Source of the DNA: Candidatus Sulfomarinibacteraceae bacterium
GTDB taxonomy: Bacteria > Chloroflexota > Anaerolineae > Promineifilales > Promineifilaceae
Direction: 5' to 3'
Assembly: GCA_035464315.1 (NCBI GenBank)
Contig: DATHSI010000227.1
Coordinates: 1-42,078, forward strand
DNA length: 42,078 bases
Below are positions 23,854-31,941 of this stretch, in pieces. Positions within the stretch are counted from its first letter, which is position 1. Each line of letters starts with the position of its first letter. The translations under genes and the position numbers were made by a program. The notes under the pieces are model-generated. The model searched no databases. It was not told the DNA's origin and saw only the letters and a list, made by a program, of their open reading frames with translations.

Positions 23854-25511
23854 GCGGCGCTGATCAAGCTACGGCGCGCGTAGAGCACGCAGCAGAAAGA
23901 CCGGCGTGTGAGCCCGCGCGTCCACAGCCGATGCCTGGCCAATATCTGGCCATCGCCCTCTTTGTTCTCAGCTATTGGATGGTTGTCGGCGTCTGGTTGC
24001 AAGACGTGGATCTGACGCAACCGCCGCTCTGGTGGCAGGAGCAGGCGGCTGCCTTTCCGCTGCTAAGCGTAATTCCTACGTGGTTGGTCAGCTATGTTTC
24101 GACATTCGCTTCCTGGGCGGCGGCGCGCCACATACTGATCCCCTTTGTGGCCGGCTGGTGGCTGGCTAACGCCGTGGGCAATGGATTTGTACAGAGCTTC
24201 TACAATTTCCCGACCAGGGCGGAGGCAGCGCGATTCCTGCATCGCCTGCAGCAGCAAAGGAGCGGCGGCTCGGTGGCCGCGTCCCCCCGGCGTCTGCACC
24301 CGACGATGATGCTGACCCTGATCACGGCGCCGTTTGCCTTTCTCTTCGTACTGCTCATCGTCATTTCTGTGGTCGGCCCCTCCACCTTGCGCGGCAGCGC
24401 CCTCTACAACGCTCTTCTGGTGATATTGGGCGGCGTGTGGTTCATTATGGTCGTCGCCTACTTGCTCAGCCAGTTCATGGGAGACGCACCGGCTCCCGGA
24501 TTGCACCTGCAGCGTGACACCCTGGACGAGATGCGCAAGACACAGACGCTGCTGCGCGTGGGCGGGCCGGGCCGCGTCATTGTGGGCAACAGCGATGCCG
24601 CGATCACCGAATATAATGGGCGCTTCTGCCGCGTGCTGGGACCGGGCGCGCACAGATTGCGTTCCTTTGAATATGTGAACGCGGTCGTGGACCTGCGTCC
24701 CCAGGAGCGCCACGGCGAAATTCAGGCCATGACGCGGGATGGCATTGCAGTGTCGGTTGACGTCTCGGTGACTTTCCGCATTGATCGAGATGATCGCCAC
24801 TTTGGCGACGACCTCAGCAGCAATGGGGGCCACGGCGAGGCCCCGCGGCCCACCAAGGAACAACTGTACCTGTTTGGACGGCGAGCGGCGGCGCAGGCGG
24901 CGTACGATGAAGCGCTTGTGCCTGACCCGCAAAGCGGTTTGAAGGGCCGCGCTCAGGCCCTGTTATGGTCCTCTCGCCCGCTGACCGTCGTGGCCCGTGA
25001 ATTCCGCCAGGCGCTGAGTGAAACGCCTCTTATCGAGCTTTTCGATCCGGAGAGCCGTAAGCAGGCGCTGCACGTCGACCTGCTGCAAAACATCAGGCGG
25101 GACAGCCGCGCCAGCCTTCATGACGATGGCATTGAGTTGATTTCCCTGCATCTGGGCCCTTTGCGAGTGCGCGAGGAAATCCTGACTCAGCACCTTAACG
25201 ACTGGCGCTCTTACTGGCAGGAGCAGCGCATTCAAGAACAGGAGATCGAGGTGCAAACAACCCTGGTCGAGCGCGCGCGCAAGGAAGCCGAGGTGATGAT
25301 GTTGCGCGCCGTTTTGGAAAGCATTCAGGAGGCGCAGTACGAGGACGGCGCTCGCCTGTCTCGCGACGAGGTGGCCCGACGCCTGCTGCAGGCATTGGAC
25401 GGCGCTATGTACGATTTACCGCCTCCCCCCAATGTAGAGGAGGGGGAGGATGTGCTGGAGCGTCTGCGCGCCCTCCATGCCCGCCTTTCACCGGGTGATA
25501 CTGAGTGGTAG
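23850..25511 (+). CDS. polytopic membrane protein with SPFH/band-7 domain and C-terminal coiled coil (paralog B)
   Basis: Several N-terminal TM helices. SPFH-like core LRVGGPGRVIVGNSDAAITEYNGRFCRVLGPGAHRLRSFEYVNAVVDLRPQERHGEIQAMTRDGIAVSVDVSVTFRI. ATG at 23850 overlaps the upstream stop (ATGA). Confidence 0.55.
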   Translation: MSGADQATARVEHAAERPACEPARPQPMPGQYLAIALFVLSYWMVVGVWLQDVDLTQPPLWWQEQAAAFPLLSVIPTWLVSYVSTFASWAAARHILIPFVAGWWLANAVGNGFVQSFYNFPTRAEAARFLHRLQQQRSGGSVAASPRRLHPTMMLTLITAPFAFLFVLLIVISVVGPSTLRGSALYNALLVILGGVWFIMVVAYLLSQFMGDAPAPGLHLQRDTLDEMRKTQTLLRVGGPGRVIVGNSDAAITEYNGRFCRVLGPGAHRLRSFEYVNAVVDLRPQERHGEIQAMTRDGIAVSVDVSVTFRIDRDDRHFGDDLSSNGGHGEAPRPTKEQLYLFGRRAAAQAAYDEALVPDPQSGLKGRAQALLWSSRPLTVVAREFRQALSETPLIELFDPESRKQALHVDLLQNIRRDSRASLHDDGIELISLHLGPLRVREEILTQHLNDWRSYWQEQRIQEQEIEVQTTLVERARKEAEVMMLRAVLESIQEAQYEDGARLSRDEVARRLLQALDGAMYDLPPPPNVEEGEDVLERLRALHARLSPGDTEW

Positions 25512-25572
25512 GTTGGTAGTGGCAGCTTCAGCCGCCTAGCAGCTAAGGCCGCCACTACCAGCCCGCGATGGC

Positions 25573-26766
25573 TCAGCGCGGGGGGAGCCCGACCGGGCGC
25601 TGCGAGGCGCTCTTGTCCAGGGCCAGTTCCGCACTCTGCAACTCATAGGCGCCCATATCCACCAAGGCGTTGACGATGCGCGGGTGGTCCGCCAGGTCGT
25701 TGCCTACATCGCTGATGGTGGCTGCGCCGCTGCCCGCGCCGTCCAGATCGGCGTCGTTGTCGCCGGCGTCAACGGCCGGGGAGCCGGGCTGCAGGCGCAG
25801 ATCGCCGTAGTCATTGTCCGTCAGCGTGGTCCAGTCGCCGTCGCCGGAATCGGGCGCCCGCGTGAAGAGCGGATCGGTGTCGATATTATTGCCGCCGTAT
25901 TCGGCCACATTTCCGCTAAACGAGACGTTGGCCAGCGCCGGAGCTGTATAGCTGACGGCCATACCGCCGCCTTACAGGGCCAAGTCACCGGTGAAGTCCA
26001 CGTTTAGGAGGGTGAGGTTGCTGTTGCCGTCGAATGCATTACTCTGCGCTGCCGGCACGTTTTCGCTAAAACCAATGGCGGCCAGGCCGCCGCCTCCGTC
26101 ATCGGGGAAAACTAAACCGTCGGCCGATCCCGCGGTGATGATAAACCCATCGAGCACGGCGCTGCTGTCGGTGTCTATACTGGTGACCACGTGATAGGCA
26201 TTCTCGCCGCTGATATCTTCTGCGTCGTTGACTACGCCGTCGACATCCGTGCTGTCGGGAAACGTCTCGTGGTCAATGTCGCCGCTGAGCACGGTGATAT
26301 TATTTTCCCAATCTCGCTCCTCCCGTTGCGCCTCCGTACCGTCAAAGCCGCCGTAGATGGCGACTCCGTTCTGCAGCATAAAGGTGGACGTGCGATCATC
26401 ATTGGTCTGGCCTGCGCCTTCGTCTGGGTAGTAAACGCTGGCGGCGACCCAGATTTCGTCGCCACTGGCGGCGACCGCCAGGGCATCCTGTAGCGTGGGG
26501 TAGGCATTGTCCCAACTGCTGCCGTCTCCGGCGCCGCCGGCGTTGGCGTCGACGTAGAGGATGCTGGACTGCGCCTGCGCTGCGCCCGGCCCCAGCAACA
26601 TCAACAGGAATACGGTTGCGCACAGGGCCGCGACGGTGCTGAGAAGCAACACAAAGGCAGGACGGTATGCGGTCAGACGTGGGGTGCGTGAATTCATGAC
26701 GAGCCTCTCCGAGGTGCGGATGATTATTTCGTTAGTATAGATGGTGGCTGTTGTCCAAACTGGCAA
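25573..26766 (-). pseudogene. secreted parallel beta-helix / choice-of-anchor-Q-like protein interrupted by a single in-frame TAA (25972-25974)
   Basis: The two track ORFs (25972..26766 and 25573..25962) are in the same frame, separated only by TAA + GGCGGCGGT. N-terminus has a TM/signal segment. C-terminal part has SFSGNVAEYGGNNIDTDPLF...AVDAGDN...VDMGAYE, typical of beta-helix adhesin-like domains. Confidence 0.5.
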
Positions 26767-27007
26767 GAAAGTCCACTACGAATGATAGCAGCACGCTATA
26801 ATTGCTGCCAGCGTAAGAAGTTGCGAGTGAAGGGTACAATCACTACCGCCTGAGTCAAAATCCGGTATGATTGAAGGGACTGGCAGGCGTTTCCGTGTCA
26901 GACCGTGTACCACCTGCCCCTTTGAGTACGCTTACAGAATTTCTTCGCGAATAAAAGATGCCCAAAGCGTACCTAAATACGAGAAGACCTCATAAGACGG
27001 AGGAGAG

Positions 27008-27937
27008 ATGGCTGAGCACATTCTGGTAATCGGGGCAACGTTGCTGGACGTTAAGGGCAAACCGACCGACGGTCTGGAGCCGGCAACCTCTAATCCGGGC
27101 CGCATCCGCACTGCGCGGGGGGGCACGGCGCGCAACGTGGCCGAGAACCTGGCTCGCCTGGGGGCAGAGGTCGTTCTGGTGTCAGCCATTGGGGACGACG
27201 ACATCGGCGCCCAACTCATTGCCCAGACGGCGGAAGCCGGCGTGAATGTGGAACACGTGCACGTGTCCCAGGGCCAGACCAGCGGCTCTTACATGGCCAT
27301 TCTGGAAATAGACGGCACGCTGTCTGTGGCGCTGGACGACACCCGCGTGGTTGAGCACCTCACGGGACAGTTTCTCTATCGCCGTCGCCGCCTGTTCCGC
27401 GACGCCCAGTTCGTCATGTACGACGGCAGCCTCTCCTCGTCAGCTATGGAAACGATTATGCGCCTGGCGCGGGAGAACAACGTACCGGTCGTTGCCGATC
27501 CTTCCTCGGCCCGGCTGGCGGATAAGTTGTGCCCCTACCTGCACGCGCTGGACCTCGTGGTGCCCAACGAGGTGGAGGCGGCCCATCTCTGTGGCGTAGA
27601 TTTCTTCGGCTATGACGCAGACGCCAGCCTGGACGCAGCGCGGCAATTGGTGCGCCAGGGCGTGTCCAAGGCCGTCGTCACCCTCTCTGATTTTGGGTTG
27701 GCTTACGCCACGTCGGATGAGAACGGTTATATCCCGCCCCGATACAGTGAAATGGTTGATAGCACGGGCACCGGCGACGCCATTACCGCGGCGATTGTCT
27801 TTGGTATGGTTAACGGCCTGCCGACCATCGAGTGTATGCGCCTGGGGGCCGCCGCGGCAGGGCTGACCCTGCAGACGCACCACACCGTGGTTCCCGACCT
27901 GAGCCTGGATATGCTCTACGATCATCTGATTGTTTGA
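27008..27937 (+). CDS. PfkB-family carbohydrate/nucleoside kinase (ribokinase-like)
   Basis: N-terminal GGTARNVAENLARLG. C-terminal VDSTGTGDAITAAIVFG (DTxGAGD anion-hole motif). Confidence 0.8.
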   Translation: MAEHILVIGATLLDVKGKPTDGLEPATSNPGRIRTARGGTARNVAENLARLGAEVVLVSAIGDDDIGAQLIAQTAEAGVNVEHVHVSQGQTSGSYMAILEIDGTLSVALDDTRVVEHLTGQFLYRRRRLFRDAQFVMYDGSLSSSAMETIMRLARENNVPVVADPSSARLADKLCPYLHALDLVVPNEVEAAHLCGVDFFGYDADASLDAARQLVRQGVSKAVVTLSDFGLAYATSDENGYIPPRYSEMVDSTGTGDAITAAIVFGMVNGLPTIECMRLGAAAAGLTLQTHHTVVPDLSLDMLYDHLIV

Positions 27938-27970
27938 GGACCAGAGCACCTGGCAAGAGCGGCGCGTCCC

Positions 27971-28636
27971 ATGAATGACGTCACCGGCTTTCTCATTGCT
28001 GTCCTGTACGTATTTAGCGTCATCGGCGCGGCAGAATTACTGCGCCGCCGTTTCGGATACGGTAGCGGCTTCACGCGTAAGGTCATTCACATTGGGGTGG
28101 GGATGATGAGCTGGTCGCTGCCCTTTCTCTTCAGCTCGCCCTGGCCTTTCGTCGTCGCCGCCCTCTTTTTCGCTGTCCTTAATTTGCTTGATTGGCGGTA
28201 CGGCTTTTTCACCTCCATGGCCAGCGCTGACCGCTCCAACCTGGGCACCGTTTACTTTCCCCTGGCCGCCGCGGCCGTCTCTGTTCTGTTTTGGGATGAG
28301 CCGCCGCTAATGGTGGCGGCGTTGATGCCCCTGACGTGGGGCGACGGGATTGCGCCTGTGATTGGACGGGCCTTTGGCCGCCACAGTTATACGATACTGG
28401 GTCACAGGCGCACCTTACAGGGTTCCGCCGGCTTTTTCTTTGCCGGCCTGTTGTTCACCTGGCTGGCCCTGTGGCTGATGCCCGGTCCTCCTCACATTGC
28501 CGCGGGGCCGGCGCTGGGAGTCGCGGCGGCGATCATGGGGGGCACGACGGTGGTGGAAGCAGTGTCTATCTGGGGGCTGGATAACCTGACCATCACGGCA
28601 GTGGCCATCCTCATCCTTTCCTGGTGGCCTTTCTAA
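27971..28636 (+). CDS. integral membrane protein, CTP-dependent polyprenol/dolichol-kinase-like (phosphatidate cytidylyltransferase superfamily)
   Basis: Six hydrophobic segments. FTRKVIHIGVG and WGDGIAPVIGRAFG motifs resemble the DolK/VTE5/CdsA-like family. Assignment is tentative. Confidence 0.4.
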   Translation: MNDVTGFLIAVLYVFSVIGAAELLRRRFGYGSGFTRKVIHIGVGMMSWSLPFLFSSPWPFVVAALFFAVLNLLDWRYGFFTSMASADRSNLGTVYFPLAAAAVSVLFWDEPPLMVAALMPLTWGDGIAPVIGRAFGRHSYTILGHRRTLQGSAGFFFAGLLFTWLALWLMPGPPHIAAGPALGVAAAIMGGTTVVEAVSIWGLDNLTITAVAILILSWWPF

Positions 28637-28759
28637 GCTGATATTATGATTCCTGTGTTCTTATGGTAGAAATGATTGCGCTAACGGTGACGACTGACGG
28701 GTGAGGGCGCTGTTATCTGATCCCGTTCGCAACCAACATAAAAAGGAGACACTATTTCG

Positions 28760-29236
28760 ATGGCAGAGATGCTAAACATCAAGCCTGGAGAAGTACCTGA
28801 GAATGACGCCGGCTACCTGGAGATGATGACCAAGGTCATCTTCATGGGCGGATTAAACCGGCAGGTGGTGGAGAGTAAGTGGGACGGTTTCCTGAGCGCT
28901 TTTGAAGAGTTCGACCCGGCTGGCGTGGCCAGTTTCACTGAAGAGGATGTGGAACGGTTGAGTGAGGACGAACGCATCGTGCGCTATGGGGCCAAAATCC
29001 GCGCTGTGGTGAAGAATGCCGGTCGCATGGTGGAGATCGCCGACGAGCATGGTTCCTTCGGCCAGTGGCTGCGCAGCTCCGTGCGCGACGAAGGCGTCGA
29101 CGACACGGCGCGAGCTCTATCCAGGCACTTCAGCTACGTCAGTGAGGAATCCGCCCGGCGCTACCTCTACGCCGTAGGCGAGGATGTCGGTGAGGTGACG
29201 AAGGAAGTGCGGCGCAAGTATGGGCCGGGGGAATAG
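28760..29236 (+). CDS. tag: DNA-3-methyladenine glycosylase I (Tag) family protein, short form
   Basis: YLEMMTKVIFMGGLNRQVVESKWDGFLSAFEEFDPAGVASFTEEDVERL...IVRYGAKIRAVVKNAG aligns with the E. coli Tag core (LFEMICLEGQQAGLSWITVLKKRENYRACFHQFDPVKVAAMQEEDVERL...IIRHRGKIQAIIGNA). AAAAGGAG SD before ATG 28760. It lacks the N- and C-terminal Zn-ligand segments of E. coli Tag. Confidence 0.6.
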   Translation: MAEMLNIKPGEVPENDAGYLEMMTKVIFMGGLNRQVVESKWDGFLSAFEEFDPAGVASFTEEDVERLSEDERIVRYGAKIRAVVKNAGRMVEIADEHGSFGQWLRSSVRDEGVDDTARALSRHFSYVSEESARRYLYAVGEDVGEVTKEVRRKYGPGE

Positions 29237-29403
29237 GAGAGATTGGAGATTGGTTGACTGGAGATTGGTTGCGGATGGCGCCATAGCGCCAAGCCGATAA
29301 ACGCAGATAATTTGAGATCTTTCATCAGCGTCTATCGGCGTCCATCGGCGGCAAAGATTCTCCAATCTCCAGTCTCCGATCTCCAATCTCCGATCTCCAA
29401 TCC
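29237..29403. repeat. GGAGATY-heptad inverted-repeat element, copy B (two arms of tandem heptads flanking an ~80-nt core), between convergent stop codons
   Basis: Left arm ggagagattggagattggttgactggagattggttgcgg. Right arm tccaatctccagtctccgatctccaatctccgatctccaatccc, i.e. (GGAGATY)n inverted. The core contains the palindrome atggcgccat. The element abuts the TAG of tag (+) and the TAG of the minus-strand GT-C gene. Confidence 0.6.
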
Positions 29404-31941
29404 CTATTCTCTCACAACCACCGGTCCCAATATGTACCGATCCCCAACCAGGTTGCCCTGCGCGTCGGCCAGGTGCAGGCGGCGACCGCTGGTCATTTCG
29501 TAGAGACCGACTTCGATGAAGTAATCGCCCGGTGGGAGGTCGTCCCTGATCGTCAGGCGATAGGGGTCCCACAGGCGTTGGCCGGGGAGCCACTTGGGAA
29601 TCCACAGGTGGGTGGGGGCGGCGCCGCCCAGGGGCGTGTAATCCAGCTCTTGATAGGAGCGGTTGGCGGCGTCGATGAGGTGCACGAAGACAGTATAGCT
29701 TTCCTCAGCCTGCGCCAGACTACGCCACTGCAAGAACAGATTGATTGTGTCGCCGTTCTGCACCGTCAGCGGCGTCTGCCACGGGCCGCGGCGCAGCGAT
29801 AGACCGCTCTGGGCCCAGGCCATAGACAACCCCACACGCTGGCGGAAGTTGGCCAGGAGCTCGTCTGTGTGCGGCGGGCGCGGCTGCGCCCGGACCTCTA
29901 GCGGCCCCAGTTCCACGTCCAGCGGCAGAAGCTCGTCCTGGCTCAGGTTCTTGAGAGCCAACGACAGCGGGTAGCTGCCCGCGGGCAAATCGTGGGGCAG
30001 TGCGAAGTCGAAACGTTCTACAATTACCTCTTCCGGTTCCCACAGCGGCGTCAGGAGGTGGTGGTCCGTCGTGTAAGTGTATTCAATGGCCTGCTTATCG
30101 CCTCCAGACGGCACGCCGCCCAGCGCGAGCGAGGGCACGTAGTACTCCTCCGGCGTTTGTGGTGCACGCATGGCCAGGACGAGGGGCACGAAGTCGCCCG
30201 CCGTTACCTCGCGCCGGGGCAGCCCGTAACCAACGACCTCGATCTCCCCCGCCGAGACCGCAAGCTCGTCCAGCTCCGGCGGGATGGATTCCTCGCCCGG
30301 TTCCACCACCTCGTAGAACGGTCCGCGCGGTCGCAGCCGGAAACCGGCGGCGACAATCTCGCTGCGGTAGCCGTTAAGGTAGACGGGGCCGCCGCCCAGG
30401 TAAGCGTAGACGCTTTCCACCCACGGTTGTTGTGTGGAGACGAATTCGGGGCGCACGTCGGTGGGATCGGGCCAGCGCTCGTTTACAAAGCGCTCGTACC
30501 ACATGGGCGTCATGTGCTCCCAGTCGTGCAGCAGCACGGCGCGCTCGGCGCGGCCCTCAAAGTAGTCGAAAACCGCTTCCACATAGCCGCGTCCCTCGTC
30601 GTAGTCGCGCAACGAAATGTGCGGCAGGTTGCGCGCGGCCTGTTGCACGGGTCCCAGCAAAAAGAAGACGGCGACGAGCAAGGCTGCGACGCGCGCGGTG
30701 GATTGTGCCCACCGGCCGGACTGCGTCCAGCGGCTGGATAAAATCCAGCTTGGCGCGGCGTGTACGACGGCCAGCAGCCCCAGGCCGGAGAGCATGCCCC
30801 AGAGCATGAAGGGTCCCAGCAGGTAGGCCATGATGTCCTGCGCGCGCAGGCTGATGACGAACGCGTAGTTGGCCAGGAAGGCCACACCGTAGAGCAGCGC
30901 CAGCCGCCGGCGCAGCGGGCCGGCGCGCCACAGCCACAGCAAGCCCAGCGGCGCCAGCAGGATGGTGGGCAACGCGTACTGCAGCCGCATCAGCGTCCAG
31001 AAAACGAGGGTGCGCAAAGGCTGTTCGGCCAGGCTGTAGAAGGGCAGGCTCTCCGTCAGCCCGCGGGCCAGAACGTGGTCCAGAAAGCCCTGTAGCGTGT
31101 TCATGTTGTGCGGCCCGAACACCGGCTCCATCGCGCTGCGCAGAGGGAAGTAGAGCCACACGCTTAACCCCAGCAGCGCCATCAGCAATGTCCTGACGAT
31201 GGTACGTCCCTGACGCCAAATGCCGGGGCGCACGGTAAGGATGAACAGGCCATAGGCGGGGAAGCCGAAGACGGTCAGTGGATGGTGCGTGATGCCCAGC
31301 CCGGCGGAGAGAGCGAAGATGTACAGCCAGCGGTCGTCCCCCTCATCGGTCAACTTGCCGGCGTCTCCGGCGTGGGAGAGTCCCCAGCGCGTCAGGAGGT
31401 AGAGGTTGGCCATGAGGAAAGTGGCCGTGATGATGTGCGGGTTGGCGTGAATGGCGTGTTGCCACACGTCGGTTGCCAGGCCCACGGACAGCGCGCCGAA
31501 TAGGGCCGCCCACCCCGCCGGGAATCGGTCTGGCTCACGCCCGGCGACGGCGCGGATCATTCCGTATATGAAAATGGCGGCAACCGTGGCGCTGGTTGCC
31601 GACAGCAGGTGCATGCGCCACGGAATGTCGCCCAAGGGAATCAACGTCTGGAACAGTTTGCCGGCGAGGGTGATGAAGGCATACCCTGGCGGATGGGCGA
31701 TGCCCAGCACGTTGGCCACCAGCGTATACTCGGTCGGATCGCCGAGGACGAGGGAGCGGGCGAGGGTGAGGAGATAGAGGAGGGGAAGGGCGAGGAGGAG
31801 TAGGGGCTGGAGATTGGAGATTAGAGATTGGGGATTAGAGATTGGAGATTGGAGATTACTGGCACGCCTCGCCGCTCGCCGCTCTCCGCTCTCCGCTCTC
31901 CGCTCTCCAATCACCATGCCCTTACTTCCTGATTGCGTCAT
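29404..31941 (-). CDS. DUF2723/TMEM260-like GT-C family membrane glycosyltransferase (protein O-mannosyltransferase-like)
   Basis: Polytopic N-terminal half with GDPTEYTLVANVLGIAHPPGYAF (the DUF2723 signature region), then a large C-terminal soluble domain. The first ~40 codons of the track ORF are encoded by repeat copy C; the true start may be ATG 31917 or further downstream with a non-ATG start. Confidence 0.6.
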   Translation of the reverse strand: MTQSGSKGMVIGERRAESGERRAARRASNLQSPISNPQSLISNLQPLLLLALPLLYLLTLARSLVLGDPTEYTLVANVLGIAHPPGYAFITLAGKLFQTLIPLGDIPWRMHLLSATSATVAAIFIYGMIRAVAGREPDRFPAGWAALFGALSVGLATDVWQHAIHANPHIITATFLMANLYLLTRWGLSHAGDAGKLTDEGDDRWLYIFALSAGLGITHHPLTVFGFPAYGLFILTVRPGIWRQGRTIVRTLLMALLGLSVWLYFPLRSAMEPVFGPHNMNTLQGFLDHVLARGLTESLPFYSLAEQPLRTLVFWTLMRLQYALPTILLAPLGLLWLWRAGPLRRRLALLYGVAFLANYAFVISLRAQDIMAYLLGPFMLWGMLSGLGLLAVVHAAPSWILSSRWTQSGRWAQSTARVAALLVAVFFLLGPVQQAARNLPHISLRDYDEGRGYVEAVFDYFEGRAERAVLLHDWEHMTPMWYERFVNERWPDPTDVRPEFVSTQQPWVESVYAYLGGGPVYLNGYRSEIVAAGFRLRPRGPFYEVVEPGEESIPPELDELAVSAGEIEVVGYGLPRREVTAGDFVPLVLAMRAPQTPEEYYVPSLALGGVPSGGDKQAIEYTYTTDHHLLTPLWEPEEVIVERFDFALPHDLPAGSYPLSLALKNLSQDELLPLDVELGPLEVRAQPRPPHTDELLANFRQRVGLSMAWAQSGLSLRRGPWQTPLTVQNGDTINLFLQWRSLAQAEESYTVFVHLIDAANRSYQELDYTPLGGAAPTHLWIPKWLPGQRLWDPYRLTIRDDLPPGDYFIEVGLYEMTSGRRLHLADAQGNLVGDRYILGPVVVRE
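31808..31912. repeat. GGAGATY-heptad element, copy C: (GGAGATT/AGAGATT)x7 followed by (CGCTCTC)x4
   Basis: ggagattggagattagagattggggattagagattggagattggagatt ... cgccgctcgccgctctccgctctccgctctccgctctcc. It overlaps the annotated 5' end of the GT-C ORF on the minus strand. Confidence 0.6.

Noticed and set aside
23178-24020. 280-aa minus ORF antisense across the SPFH gene junction
   Set aside because: Ser/Arg/Ala-rich artefact. Plus-strand frames carry TM helices and the SPFH core.
26767-27007. 240-nt leader upstream of the PfkB kinase as a possible riboswitch
   Set aside because: Only a short hairpin with TATAAT in the loop is visible. There is no recognisable conserved riboswitch core, and this cannot be supported without covariance or homology search.
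30557-31219. Multiple plus/minus ORFs (e.g. 220 aa, 249 aa) inside the GT-C gene region
   Set aside because: Arg/Ala/Pro-rich off-frame translations. Only the 845-aa minus frame shows TM helices and the DUF2723 motif.
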